From assembly GCA_043797665.1 (NCBI GenBank), contig JAZDPL010000073.1:1-64000 (forward strand): DNA of 64,000 bases, read 5' to 3'. This document shows positions 30,573 to 42,493 of the stretch, in pieces. Position 1 is the stretch's first letter; each line of letters begins with the position of its first letter. The notes beneath the pieces were generated by a model. The model made no database searches and had not been told where the DNA came from. It worked only from the letters and a program-made list of their open reading frames with translations. The stretch is from Candidatus Omnitrophota bacterium. Lineage in GTDB: Bacteria > Ratteibacteria > UBA8468 > MWAK01. Made by a program: the position numbers and the translations under genes.

Positions 30573-30622
30573 GTAGGGGTCGGATTCATCCGACCCGCGG
30601 GTTCGATAAATCGAACCCCTAC
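30573..30622. repeat. REP-like doublet, family A (GTAGGGG-hairpin-hairpin-CCCCTAC)
   Basis: GTAGGGGTCGGATTCATCCGACCCGCGGGTTCGATAAATCGAACCCCTAC. Confidence 0.9.
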
Positions 30623-30623
30623 T

Positions 30624-31658
30624 TTATGGTTTCAGTAAAATCTTTAACGCTTTCCTCTCTTTCAGTAATTGAATTCCCTGGTGAAAATCAGTCAGGGGAA
30701 GCCGATGAGTGATAATCGCGCCGGGGTTAATTAACCTTTTGCTCAGGAATTGGAGAGCTATTTCTACGTGCTTGGCAGTGCTATCCGAGGCGCCGCTTAA
30801 AAAGATTTCATTATAATGGATAAGCCGGCTGTCTATCTGTAAATCTGAGACACCTTTGGGTAGGCTGGCAAAGAGATTAACCATCCCGCCCTTTTTAACC
30901 ATGTAAAAAGCCTGTTCCTGGGCAATTGCTTCCGGTGCGGTAACAATTGCGACGTCTGCTCCCAGACCATTGGTAAGGCGTTTTACCTCGTCAACCGACT
31001 CGGTGGTCGTTACGTCGATGACTGCATCTGCGCCAAAATTTTCCGCCAGGGTCAGCCGCGTTTTTGAACGCTGGGTAACGATTATCTTTTCCGCTCCGTT
31101 TGCCCGGGCGACCTGGGTGTGGATTGCGCCCATCGGGCCGGCGCCAATTACTACCACGGTATCGCCTGGTTTTACTCCGGCAATAATCTGGCTGTTTACC
31201 GCACAACTTATCGGTTCGGCAAGACAGGCTTCTTCGTCCAGACCTTCCGGTACTTTGACCACAAAACCTCCGGCAACTCCCCTGGCCGGAACGGCGATGT
31301 AATCCGCAAAGGCGCCCGGGTAATCGTAACTGATGGGAGTCAGCTGGGAACAGCGGTTGGTTTGGCCCAAGCGGCAAAAATTACATTGGCCGCAGGAGAT
31401 ACTGGTTGCCATCGTAACCCGGTCACCCACCTGAAAAGACATTACTTCAGGCGTAACACGGAACACCTTACCCACAAACTCGTGGCCCAGGGTCTGGGGA
31501 GGTTTAATGCGCGGATTACCGAGATAATAGGCTTTAAAGTCCGTACCGCAGATGGCACAACATTCAACCTCTACCAGTATTCCCCCGGGTTCAACCTCCG
31601 GAGCAGGGACCTCCTCAATCCTGATATCTTCAGGGCCGTAGTACCTGACCGCCTTCAT
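30624..31658 (-). CDS. Zinc-dependent alcohol/polyol dehydrogenase
   Basis: ICGTD, GHE, CGQCNFCRLGQTNRC, GAGPMG. Confidence 0.92.
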   Translation of the reverse strand: MKAVRYYGPEDIRIEEVPAPEVEPGGILVEVECCAICGTDFKAYYLGNPRIKPPQTLGHEFVGKVFRVTPEVMSFQVGDRVTMATSISCGQCNFCRLGQTNRCSQLTPISYDYPGAFADYIAVPARGVAGGFVVKVPEGLDEEACLAEPISCAVNSQIIAGVKPGDTVVVIGAGPMGAIHTQVARANGAEKIIVTQRSKTRLTLAENFGADAVIDVTTTESVDEVKRLTNGLGADVAIVTAPEAIAQEQAFYMVKKGGMVNLFASLPKGVSDLQIDSRLIHYNEIFLSGASDSTAKHVEIALQFLSKRLINPGAIITHRLPLTDFHQGIQLLKERKALKILLKP

Positions 31659-31842
31659 AAGATAATATTATGAAAAATCAAATTTTCGCCTCCGAGCGTT
31701 TACTTGGTTTATCGAGTATATAATAACATAAATAAGTTTCTTTTATGTATCTTTGCGTTAGCATTTTCGTATCGATTCTTATTTCAGTTGCTTTAACGGA
31801 GTTCTTTAGGATATAATTAAGGGCACTAAAGGAGGTACGGAG

Positions 31843-32301
31843 ATGAGATTTTTATCCCGGCTGTTAGGGGTGGTGGGACTCCTGGTTTTGATGGTAGCCA
31901 TCGTAGCGGTTTTGCTTGCCCGTCAGTACCGGCGGGCTTATTACAACGAAAAGGCCGCCCGCGTTTCAGAAGCTTCGGCAACCGCAGACCTCTTTCTCTC
32001 TTCGGCTCAGGACAGCCTTCTGAAAGCCGGCTTGGCCGTAAACCGGGCAAACTTTGAAGAGGCGAAGGCAGAGATGTCCGCCGCCAGGAAGAACTTAGAA
32101 ATATTTGTAACCTTACCTCTGCCCAAGGAGGTTAAACCTTTTAGAGATTTTAATACGGCGCTGACTGAAATTGATGTTGCTCTGACCAGCGTCAATCCGG
32201 AAGTACAGAAGAATATTTCAGCCTTAGCCGATACGGTGGCAGGCCTGCGCAATTCGTTGAGTAGAAGCGTCCAGGCGCAAAAAAAGAAAACTAAACCCTG
32301 A
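31843..32301 (+). CDS. Hypothetical protein with N-terminal TM helix
   Basis: SD AAGGAGGT; upstream TATAAT; helical composition. Confidence 0.7.
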   Translation: MRFLSRLLGVVGLLVLMVAIVAVLLARQYRRAYYNEKAARVSEASATADLFLSSAQDSLLKAGLAVNRANFEEAKAEMSAARKNLEIFVTLPLPKEVKPFRDFNTALTEIDVALTSVNPEVQKNISALADTVAGLRNSLSRSVQAQKKKTKP

Positions 32302-32322
32302 AGGACACAAAGTGATCTCCAA

Positions 32323-32426
32323 TGTCATTCCTGCGGATAGTAAGCAGGAATCCATACTCGTAATCACTGGATTCCCGTTTAATACCCCTGTTTACTGCAT
32401 ACAGGGGCAGGCTTTCGGGAATGACA
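32323..32426. repeat. TGTCATTCC...GGAATGACA palindromic repeat, family C
   Basis: Terminal inverted TGTCATTCC; related copies at 33298-33389, 35456-35519 and 37915-37986. Confidence 0.8.
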
Positions 32427-32441
32427 AATTTTTGTAGTAAT

Positions 32442-32513
32442 GGGGCGTTGGTCCAATGGTTAAGATCGCGGTCTTTCAAGCCGTAGATACGGGTCCGATT
32501 CCCGTACGCCCCG
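32442..32513 (+). tRNA. tRNA-Glu(TTC)
   Basis: GGGGCGT/ACGCCCC acceptor stem; GCGGT-CTTTCAA-GCCGT; T-loop TCCGATT. Confidence 0.85.
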
Positions 32514-32517
32514 CGAG

Positions 32518-33291
32518 ATGGGACTATTAGTCTTTGTAGTAGGTGCGGTCTTCGGGAGTTTCCTTAATATGTGCATCCACCGTCTGCCCCGGAGCCTTTC
32601 TATCGTCAGACCCGGTTCGTTCTGTCCTCATTGCCAGCATAAACTCGCCTGGTTTGACAATATTCCTCTGGTTAGTTATCTAATTTTACGCGGCCACTGC
32701 CGGTACTGCCGCAAGTTAATCCTTCCGCGTTACTTCATCGTGGAGTTGCTAACCAGTTTTCTTTTACTTTTACTCTACCTGCGTTTTGACCTTTCTGCTT
32801 CCTTTTTTATCTTCAGCCTTTTTATTCTGGCATTGATTTTGGCGTCCTTCATAGATTGGGAGCATTACCTGATTCCGGACCTGGTGGTCTACCCGGGCAT
32901 CGTTTTAGGTCTTCTCTTTAATCTTATCTTTCCGGAATTAGCCTTTTCCAACGATTCCCTTTACGCCTTAAAAGAGTCGTTCCTCGGAGTGCTGGTCGGC
33001 GGCGGATTCCTCTACCTCACCGCCCTGGCCGGCGAAGTTGTTATGAAGAAAGAGGCGATGGGCGGCGGCGACGTTAAACTTTTAGCGATGATTGGTGCTT
33101 TCCTGGGCTGGCGGCCGGTTCTCCTGACCATTTTCTTCGGTTCCATCATCGGCAGCGTGGTCGGTTTAGCGCTGATCGGTCTGAAGATAAAGAAACGGAC
33201 CGACTACATCCCTTTTGGTCCTTACCTCTCTTTGGGGGCAGTGCTCAGTCTCTTCTATAAAGGCAGTACCTTCTTAGGCTACTACATATAA
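32518..33291 (+). CDS. pilD: Prepilin peptidase/N-methyltransferase
   Basis: GSFLN, CPHC, CRYC, FIDWEH, GGGDVKL, IPFGPYL. Confidence 0.95.
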   Translation: MGLLVFVVGAVFGSFLNMCIHRLPRSLSIVRPGSFCPHCQHKLAWFDNIPLVSYLILRGHCRYCRKLILPRYFIVELLTSFLLLLLYLRFDLSASFFIFSLFILALILASFIDWEHYLIPDLVVYPGIVLGLLFNLIFPELAFSNDSLYALKESFLGVLVGGGFLYLTALAGEVVMKKEAMGGGDVKLLAMIGAFLGWRPVLLTIFFGSIIGSVVGLALIGLKIKKRTDYIPFGPYLSLGAVLSLFYKGSTFLGYYI

Positions 33292-33297
33292 TTATGA

Positions 33298-33389
33298 TGT
33301 CACCCTGAGCATAGCGAAGGGTCTCGTAAAAAAGCGAGATTCTTCGGTTCCCTACCTTGATGGTAGGGAACCCGTACCTCAGAATGACA
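33298..33389. repeat. Family C-related repeat with a nested 26-bp element
   Basis: TGTCACCCTGAGC...CTCAGAATGACA containing CCCTACCTTGATGGTAGGGAACCCGT (33350-33375). Confidence 0.7.
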
Positions 33390-33391
33390 AA

Positions 33392-35446
33392 ATGGTGGAC
33401 CCGAGTACGCCGGTTCGGTATCTGAAAGGAGTGGGGCCCAAGAAGAGTGAAATCTTCGCCAAAATGGGCGTCCACACCATCTTTGACCTCCTCTACTATT
33501 TCCCCAGACGCTACGAGGACCGGAAGAAGACCGTTAAGATTGCGGAAACCGTCCCGGGCCAGAACGCAACTATCCGGGCTGAAGTTTTAACTTCAGGCTT
33601 GAAGGACGGGTTCCGAGGCAAACGTATCTTTACGGTAGGCCTGAGTGACGACACCGGGGTCCTTTTTGCCACCTTCTTCAACCAGTCTTACCTTCAAGAT
33701 ATTTTTAAGCCGGGTCAGACGGTGCTGGTCTCCGGCCGGATTGAAGTTTACCAGGCGGGGAAGCAGATGGTCCACCCGGCATTTGAAATCATAGGCGAAC
33801 ACAAAGCATCTCTGGAAACCGGACGCATCGTCTCCTTATACCGGCTCCCGGAAGGCTTGAGCCAGCGCAGTTTTCACCTTGTCCTCTGGGAGGCACTGAA
33901 GGATAACCGGGGCAGATTTGAGGACATCGTCCCTTTTACGGTGCGGAATGAAATGAACCTGGGAAACCAGTACTATGCCCTGAAGAATATCCACTTTCCG
34001 GTAACGCCTACCGATTTGAAGAAGGCACGGGAATATCTAATCTTTGAGGAGTTTTTCTTCCTGAGTTCTGCGTTAAGGCACCGCAGGTTGGAGAGACAGA
34101 AGAATCAGATTTTGAAATCTGACGAAAGAGAAACAGAGCCTTTCCAGAAGATAGAGTTTCAGGATTTCCTGGCTAAATTTCAGGGTCTGCTGGACTTTCC
34201 CCTTACGGATAGCCAGCGGTCTGCGTTGAAAGAGATTGTCGCTGACCTCCGGAAGGATTACCCGATGCAGAGACTTTTAACCGGTGAGGTAGGTTCCGGA
34301 AAGACCTTGGTGGCGGCCGGCGCCATTTTTTACATGGTGCTTTCCGGCGGACAGTCCGCTTTCCTGGCGCCGACCGAAATTCTGGCAGAACAGCACTTCC
34401 TTAACCTCCAGCGTATTTTTGCCAGAGCCGGCAGAGAAGTCGCTCTGCTGGTCAGCGGAATAAGCCGGCAGGAGAAAGAGGCGGTTAAGACCGGTGTGGC
34501 TGAAGGCAGAATTTCCATAGTAATCGGTACCCACAGCCTCCTTTCGGAAGATTTAATCTTCCCTTCTCTCTCTTTAGCCATCATTGATGAGGAGCATAAG
34601 TTTGGTGTCAATCAGCGGGAAGTTTTAGGTGAGAAAGGAAAGGGAGTACATCTCCTGCTGATGAGCGCCACGCCGATTCCCAGAACGTTAGCTCTTACCC
34701 TTTACGGCGAGATAGAATTGAGCAGTCTCTCGCCCCGGGGCAAACGCCGGGTTGCCACCTATCTCTTCCGTAAAGAAGAACGGGAGGTTGCCTACCGGTT
34801 ATTTGACCGGTATCTGGTCCAGGGCAAGAAGGGATACGTAGTATCCAGTCGTTTAAAGGGAACGGCCGAAGATGTAGTTGGCGCTAAACCTCTTTTTGAA
34901 GAAGTTACGGCTAAGTTTCCTCACTGGCAGCCCGCCTTAATCTACGGCGGTCTTCCTCTGAAAGAAAAAGAAAGGGTCATCGCGGGTTTTCGTGAAGGGA
35001 AGTACCAGGTTCTGGTAGCGACCTCAGTGGTTGAGGTGGGTATTGACCTGCCGGAAGCAAACCTCCTTCTGATAGAAGATGCGGAACGTTTTGGTTTGGC
35101 GCAACTCCATCAGATACGGGGTCGTATCGGCCGGCAGTTTGAAGAAGCGCTCTGTCTGGTTGTCAGTGAATTCCAAAATGACCGGGCAGTAGAACGTTTA
35201 GAGATATTTGCTTCCACCTCGGAGGGCCAGGAATTGGCTGAGGACGACCTGGTTCTGCGTGGTGAGGGCGAGGTATTGGGAGAGCGGCAGCATGGTTTAC
35301 CTTCTTTGCGGCTGGCAAACCTGCGCCGCGATCTGGATTTATTGCAGAGCGGCCGTAAGACCGCCTGGGAGATTCTGGATGTTGACCCCGGACTGGAACT
35401 TCACCCGGAACTGCGCCAGCGCCTGATGATGCAAAACTTGTGGTAA
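33392..35446 (+). CDS. recG: ATP-dependent DNA helicase RecG
   Basis: LKGVGPK, GEVGSGKT, DEEH, MSATPIPRT, QLHQIRGRIGR. Confidence 0.96.
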   Translation: MVDPSTPVRYLKGVGPKKSEIFAKMGVHTIFDLLYYFPRRYEDRKKTVKIAETVPGQNATIRAEVLTSGLKDGFRGKRIFTVGLSDDTGVLFATFFNQSYLQDIFKPGQTVLVSGRIEVYQAGKQMVHPAFEIIGEHKASLETGRIVSLYRLPEGLSQRSFHLVLWEALKDNRGRFEDIVPFTVRNEMNLGNQYYALKNIHFPVTPTDLKKAREYLIFEEFFFLSSALRHRRLERQKNQILKSDERETEPFQKIEFQDFLAKFQGLLDFPLTDSQRSALKEIVADLRKDYPMQRLLTGEVGSGKTLVAAGAIFYMVLSGGQSAFLAPTEILAEQHFLNLQRIFARAGREVALLVSGISRQEKEAVKTGVAEGRISIVIGTHSLLSEDLIFPSLSLAIIDEEHKFGVNQREVLGEKGKGVHLLLMSATPIPRTLALTLYGEIELSSLSPRGKRRVATYLFRKEEREVAYRLFDRYLVQGKKGYVVSSRLKGTAEDVVGAKPLFEEVTAKFPHWQPALIYGGLPLKEKERVIAGFREGKYQVLVATSVVEVGIDLPEANLLLIEDAERFGLAQLHQIRGRIGRQFEEALCLVVSEFQNDRAVERLEIFASTSEGQELAEDDLVLRGEGEVLGERQHGLPSLRLANLRRDLDLLQSGRKTAWEILDVDPGLELHPELRQRLMMQNLW

Positions 35447-35455
35447 CGCTTACGC

Positions 35456-35519
35456 TGTCATTCCCGCACGTGGTAAGCGGGAATCCATAGATTCCTGTTT
35501 ACTACATACAGGAATGACA
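35456..35519. repeat. Family C palindromic repeat
   Basis: TGTCATTCCCGC...GCGGGAATCC...GGAATGACA. Confidence 0.8.
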
Positions 35520-35533
35520 TCTTAGGATTATAG

Positions 35534-36229
35534 ATGGAAAAAGGGTTGGTAGTTGTTATTTCGGCGTATAACGAAGCCAGATTCATTAAAGGGGTGGCGG
35601 AGAATGCCAGGGGGTATGCGGAAGAAGTGGTTGTGGTGGACGACGGCTCTAAGGACAAAACTGCCGAACTGGCGAAGTCGGCCGGAGCAACGGTCATCAG
35701 CCACTCTGAAAATTCAGGCAAGGGTACCGCACTCCGTACCGGTTTTGAATATGCTTATCAGAAAGGATATCCGATTATTATCACGATGGACGGCGATGGT
35801 CAGCACCACCCTGAGGACATGCCGGTTCTTTTGGAACACTACCGTAAAACCGGCGCCGGAGTGGTGGTTGGGTGCAGGTCCCGGAACCTGAAGAATATGC
35901 CGGTAGAACGGTTTGTCACCAACTGGTTTACCTCGTTTCTGGTCTCTTTACTGGCTGGTCAGCGGATACGGGACAGCCAGTCCGGATTTCGGGTTTTTGA
36001 TAGCCGGGTTATACCGTTTCTCTCCTTTTCTGCCAGCCATTTTGCCACGGAATCAGAAGTTTTAGTGGAGGCAAGCCGGGCCGGATTTAAAATTGCGGAA
36101 GCGCCAATCCGGACTATCTACGGACAGGAGCGGAGTAAACAGCATCCCTTGCGGGATACGGTGCGGTTCTTTAAATTTTTCTTCCGTTCCCTCTTTAAAA
36201 GACACCCTCACCCCACCCTCTCCCCTTGA
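35534..36229 (+). CDS. Glycosyltransferase family 2 (DPM1-like)
   Basis: AYNE, VVDDGSKD, GKG, MDGDGQH, DSQSGFR. Confidence 0.92.
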   Translation: MEKGLVVVISAYNEARFIKGVAENARGYAEEVVVVDDGSKDKTAELAKSAGATVISHSENSGKGTALRTGFEYAYQKGYPIIITMDGDGQHHPEDMPVLLEHYRKTGAGVVVGCRSRNLKNMPVERFVTNWFTSFLVSLLAGQRIRDSQSGFRVFDSRVIPFLSFSASHFATESEVLVEASRAGFKIAEAPIRTIYGQERSKQHPLRDTVRFFKFFFRSLFKRHPHPTLSP

Positions 36230-36275
36230 GGACGGGTTCCCTACCATCAAGGTAGGGGAGGATTAAGGTGAGGGG
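36205..36275. repeat. CCCTCACCCC...GGTGAGGG palindromic repeat with a nested 26-bp element
   Basis: CCCTCACCCCACCCTCTCCCC...GGGGAG...GGTGAGGGG; nested element at 36232-36257. Confidence 0.7.
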
Positions 36276-36286
36276 TGCTAATATCT

Positions 36287-36336
36287 GTAGGGGCTTGATT
36301 TATCAAGCCCGCGGGTCGGATGAATCCGACCCCTAC
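36287..36336. repeat. REP-like doublet, family A
   Basis: GTAGGGGCTTGATTTATCAAGCCCGCGGGTCGGATGAATCCGACCCCTAC. Confidence 0.9.
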
Positions 36337-36346
36337 TATGGCTTAA

Positions 36347-37000
36347 ATGGCAGAGCAAGATTACGAAACTCTTCGGCAGGAGATGGTCTCCGGGCACCTT
36401 GTTGGCCGGGGAATAAAAGATCCTTTGGTCCTCGCTGCCTTTCGCAAAGTTCCCCGGGAGAAGTTTGTCCCCGTAGAATACCGGGTAGACTCCTACGGTG
36501 ACTTTCCCCTGCCCATCGGCTATGACCAGACCATCAGCCAGCCGTATATCGTGGCTTTGATGATGGAGGCGCTTTCGTTGAAGAGGACAGACAAACTTCT
36601 GGAGATTGGAACCGGAAGCGGTTATCAGACTGCGCTCCTGACCGAGGTTGTTTCTTTTGTCTACTCCATAGAACGAATTCCGAACCTGGCGGAAAGGGCA
36701 GAAGAGATATTGAAAGAATTGGGTTACGCCAATTTTGAAATAAAGTTCGGTGACGGTACCTCCGGCTGGCAGGAACACGCACCCTTTGATGTGGTTCTGG
36801 TAAGCGCCGGCGCCAATAAAGCGCCAGCCAGTCTTTTGAACCAGTTGGCGCTTTCCGGAAGGATGATTATACCGGAGGGAAATCACTGGAGCCAGGACTT
36901 AACCCTTTACCGGAAGACCCCTTCCGGTATTACCTCCCGGAGCCTGGGCGGCTGTCGGTTCGTTCCCCTGATTGGAAAGGAAGGATGGGAATCTATGTAA
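36347..37000 (+). CDS. pcm: Protein-L-isoaspartate O-methyltransferase
   Basis: QTISQPY, LEIGTGSGYQ, APFD, RFVPL. Confidence 0.96.
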   Translation: MAEQDYETLRQEMVSGHLVGRGIKDPLVLAAFRKVPREKFVPVEYRVDSYGDFPLPIGYDQTISQPYIVALMMEALSLKRTDKLLEIGTGSGYQTALLTEVVSFVYSIERIPNLAERAEEILKELGYANFEIKFGDGTSGWQEHAPFDVVLVSAGANKAPASLLNQLALSGRMIIPEGNHWSQDLTLYRKTPSGITSRSLGGCRFVPLIGKEGWESM

Positions 37001-37449
37001 TCACCTTTATCCTCTCCCTGCTTCCGATTTCGGAACTGCGGGGAGCCATTCCCTATGGCCTCAGCCAGGGTCTGCCTCTGAAGTGGGTTCTGGTTACCGC
37101 TATTGTGGGTAACTTTATTCCGGTTATCCCGGTCTATTGGGGTATTCAGAAGTTAGCCCGGTATCTTTCTAAGTTCCCGTCAGCAAAAAAGTTTTTTGAC
37201 TGGCTTTTTGAGCGTAGCCGGAGGAAGGCAAAAGGGATTGAGTGTTCCGAGTTTCTTGGTTTAGCCATTTTTGTCGGAATTCCCTTGCCGATGACCGGTG
37301 CCTGGACCGGTGCGATTATCTCCAGCCTTTTAGGCATACCACCCAAGAGGGCGATTCCCTCGGTAACCTTAGGTATTCTGATAGCGGCCGGAATCGTAAC
37401 CGGAATCTGCCTGGGCGTAATCACCGTCTTCCGCCAATTCGTCAGGTAA
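36985..37449 (+). CDS. Small multi-drug export family membrane protein (COG2426)
   Basis: LPISELRGAIP, FVGIPLPMTGAWTG. Confidence 0.9.
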   Translation: MGIYVITFILSLLPISELRGAIPYGLSQGLPLKWVLVTAIVGNFIPVIPVYWGIQKLARYLSKFPSAKKFFDWLFERSRRKAKGIECSEFLGLAIFVGIPLPMTGAWTGAIISSLLGIPPKRAIPSVTLGILIAAGIVTGICLGVITVFRQFVR

Positions 37450-37458
37450 ATAGGGGCA

Positions 37459-37508
37459 GTAGGGGTCGGATTCATCCGACCCGCGGGTTCGATAAATCGA
37501 ACCCCTAC
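37459..37508. repeat. REP-like doublet, family A
   Basis: Identical to 30573-30622. Confidence 0.9.
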
Positions 37509-37542
37509 AGAAGCCCCGCCTTGTAAGCCGGAATCTATACCT

Positions 37543-37818
37543 ATGAAACGGCTTCATCTTCACGTCTCCGGATACGTCCAGGGCGTGGGTTTTCGCTGGT
37601 ACGCGGAGAAGATTGCCCGCAAAGTGGGCGATATCACCGGTTTTGTGCGCAACCTGGGTGACAGCCGGGTGGAGGTTGTAGCGGAAGGCGAAGAGGCACA
37701 ATTAGAAAAGTTCCTCAACGAACTGAAGTCCGGTTATCTGGGTAAAAACATTGAGGATATCCGGAATTTAGACGAGCCCTGCACCGGCCAATTCCCCGAT
37801 TTTGCCATAACTTTTTAG
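37543..37818 (+). CDS. acyP: Acylphosphatase
   Basis: GYVQGVGFR, GFVRN. Confidence 0.95.
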   Translation: MKRLHLHVSGYVQGVGFRWYAEKIARKVGDITGFVRNLGDSRVEVVAEGEEAQLEKFLNELKSGYLGKNIEDIRNLDEPCTGQFPDFAITF

Positions 37819-37986
37819 TAGCGGTGCGATTCATCGCACGAATAAATAGTGGCATGAATGCCCTTGCTAATTCTAATGGAAAGGGGACCCGTATTCCGGA
37901 TGCTACAAAAAAGCTGTCATTCCGGCGGATAGTAAGCCGGAATCCAGTAGTTAAAGACGAGATTCCGTATCGAGTACGGAATGACA
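37818..37986. repeat. Family B REP followed by family C repeat
   Basis: GTAGCGGTGCGATTCATCGCAC at 37818; TGTCATTCCGGC...GGAATGACA at 37915-37986. Confidence 0.75.
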
Positions 37987-38002
37987 AATTAGGGGTTAAT
38001 AT

Positions 38003-38401
38003 ATGGAGACGATACCGGTAAGGACAGGGTCAAGACAGGAGTTTGTGGAGGTTAGCCGGGAGGTACAGAGGGTTGTTGGAGAGAAAGGCTGGCAGGACGG
38101 CGTCCTTTTCCTCTTTGTCCCCCACACCACCGCGGGTATCTTAATTAACGAGCACGCGGACCCGGATGTGGCTGAGGATATCGGCGCAATGACGGATAAG
38201 ATGGTGTCCGCCACATTTCCTTATCAGCACAGCGAGGGTAACAGCCCGGGCCACATCAAGTCGGTCCTTTTCGGGAGTTCCCTATACGTAATCGTGGAGC
38301 AGGGCTCCTTACAGTTAGGGACCTGGCAGGGGATATTCTTCGCGGAATTTGACGGTCCCCGCAGCCGCACCCTCTGGCTGAAATTTCTTTCTTCTGGTTG
38401 A
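38003..38401 (+). CDS. yjbQ: YjbQ/UPF0047 family protein
   Basis: PHTTAGILINE, HIKS, LGTWQGIFFAEFDGPR. Confidence 0.93.
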   Translation: METIPVRTGSRQEFVEVSREVQRVVGEKGWQDGVLFLFVPHTTAGILINEHADPDVAEDIGAMTDKMVSATFPYQHSEGNSPGHIKSVLFGSSLYVIVEQGSLQLGTWQGIFFAEFDGPRSRTLWLKFLSSG

Positions 38402-38416
38402 TTGCCATTCTGAGGC

Positions 38417-38466
38417 GTAGGGGTCGGATTTATCCGACCCGCGGGCTTGATAAATCAAGCCCCTAC
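38417..38466. repeat. REP-like doublet, family A
   Basis: GTAGGGGTCGGATTTATCCGACCCGCGGGCTTGATAAATCAAGCCCCTAC. Confidence 0.9.
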
Positions 38467-38475
38467 TGTAAAATT

Positions 38476-38933
38476 ATGGTTTGGCGGCAAAAATTCCGGT
38501 TGATTTATCCGCTTTTTTTCGCTGCGGTTCTGGTAAAATCTTTTGCTAACCTGGGTCTGGAGTTGATACCCTGTTACCCGGAAGCAGAGGCACACCTGGG
38601 CCTGCAGTATGTTATCGGATTACCGGAAAATACCGGGCTTATTTTTAAGGAGCCGGCGGGCATCGAGTTCCACACCCATAACTGCCGGTTTCCGATTGAG
38701 TGGTCTTGTTTCTCCGGGAAGTTTGAATTGCTGAAACGGAAAGTCCTGCTTCCGGAGACTTCAGGGCATATTACACCCGCCGGAACCCGGTACGTCATAG
38801 AGACGAATAAAGGGTTCTTTGCCAGAAAGGGAATAAAAGAAGGTGACCGGTTTGACCCGAAGAGTATCCGGTATTCCCGGAAATACAAAACCGTCTATGA
38901 TTTACCCCGGATTAAGGACCGCGGAGGAAAAAG

Positions 38934-38937
<4 letters not shown>
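38476..38937 (+). CDS. DUF192-like protein (divergent)
   Basis: GLQY..LPENTGLIF, RFPIE, RYVIETNKG, GIKEGD. Confidence 0.65.
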
Positions 38938-41260
<2,323 letters not shown>

Positions 41261-41282
41261 CGCACCTTCGGTGCGAACGTGT

Positions 41283-41338
41283 GTAGGGGTCGGATTCATC
41301 CGACCCGAATAAGCGAGCTTGATAAATCAAGCCCCTAC
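41283..41338. repeat. REP-like doublet, family A (between convergent genes)
   Basis: GTAGGGGTCGGATTCATCCGACCC...CTTGATAAATCAAGCCCCTAC. Confidence 0.85.
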
Positions 41339-41360
41339 GGTTATTCCGGATAGTTTCGCG

Positions 41361-41687
41361 TTATTTTTTCCGTAATGTTTGTGCCTCCATATCATGTTTA
41401 TCCGTGTGGCGTATGTACACCTTTTGTTCGTTGCTTTCGGTTTGTTCAGATTTATCGGTAGCCCGTCTTTGGAGCTTTTCCTGACCCGATTCCTTGGGTT
41501 CGTACCAGATAGCTAAGAAAAGGACATTTTCTGAACTACCACTCATTCCGGTTGGCGCCTGACCGAAATTCTGTTGAATCTCTGTAATCGTTATTCCCGT
41601 CTTCTCCACCCATTCGTTCAGTTCGGCTTCCAGAAACTCTAACGCTTTGCGTGTTACTCCGGTGGTAAAGAATCGGACCTTGGACAT
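41361..41687 (-). CDS. Hypothetical protein
   Basis: ORF with SD GAGGGG; compact N-terminal domain and charged tail. Confidence 0.6.
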   Translation of the reverse strand: MSKVRFFTTGVTRKALEFLEAELNEWVEKTGITITEIQQNFGQAPTGMSGSSENVLFLAIWYEPKESGQEKLQRRATDKSEQTESNEQKVYIRHTDKHDMEAQTLRKK

Positions 41688-41865
41688 TTTATTCCCCCTC
41701 GTCAATTCTATAAGGGTTCCCTTTCCATAGGATTGGAAAGGGCAATGGAACCCGTCTTTTACATTTCCGGATGATTCTTTATCTTACCAAAAACAGTTCC
41801 AAAAATCAATAGATGATTACACTTTATGATATTTTGTTGGTGTATATGGTATCATAACAACGGAG

Positions 41866-42489
41866 ATGCTGAAGGTAAAGACGTTGGTGGTGGGACCGCT
41901 GGCGACCAATTGTTACCTGGTAACTGAACCTGAAACCGGACAGGGTGTCATTATTGACCCGGGTGCGGAAAAGGAGAAGATTTTACGTGCGGTCAGCCGG
42001 AACGGAGCGAAGATTTCTGCGGTTGTCAATACCCACTGCCATTTTGACCATACCGGTGCGGATATCCTTAAGGAGGAATTAGGAGTTCCCCTCCTTGTCC
42101 CACGGCTGGACCTGCCGTTTCTGGAGAGCAGCCTTTCCGACCAGACCGCGCTCCTGGGGTTTGGTCCGGCTGAGGAGGCGATACCGCAGCCGGATAAGTT
42201 TTTGAAGGAGGGTGACGAAATCAAAATCGGCAAAGAAAGTCTTCTGGTCTGGCACACACCCGGCCATACACCCGGGGGTATCTGTTTGGTGGGTAAAGAC
42301 ATCGTCTTCACCGGCGATACTCTGTTCAAAAAAGGGGTGGGAAGAACCGACTTAGAGGGTGGTTCAGACGAAGAGTTGGAAAAGTCGTTGAGGAGACTCT
42401 TTACGTTACCGGATGAGTTCATCGTCTACCCGGGTCATGGTCCGGCCACCCTCATCGGTGACGAAAAACCCCTTATCAATAAAATTTAG
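41866..42489 (+). CDS. MBL-fold metallo-hydrolase (glyoxalase II-like)
   Basis: THCHFDH, TPGHTPG, FTGD, PGHG. Confidence 0.92.
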   Translation: MLKVKTLVVGPLATNCYLVTEPETGQGVIIDPGAEKEKILRAVSRNGAKISAVVNTHCHFDHTGADILKEELGVPLLVPRLDLPFLESSLSDQTALLGFGPAEEAIPQPDKFLKEGDEIKIGKESLLVWHTPGHTPGGICLVGKDIVFTGDTLFKKGVGRTDLEGGSDEELEKSLRRLFTLPDEFIVYPGHGPATLIGDEKPLINKI

Positions 42490-42493
42490 CCGG

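Noticed and set aside
31715..31750. Possible dif site (TTATGTTA on the minus strand)
   Set aside because: Only a partial XerD arm; no convincing XerC arm at 6-bp spacing.
38398..38475. Extended N-termini of DUF192 (and of the SDR, 30557-30589) containing REP-encoded peptides
   Set aside because: Better downstream ATG starts exist, so these REPs are probably intergenic.
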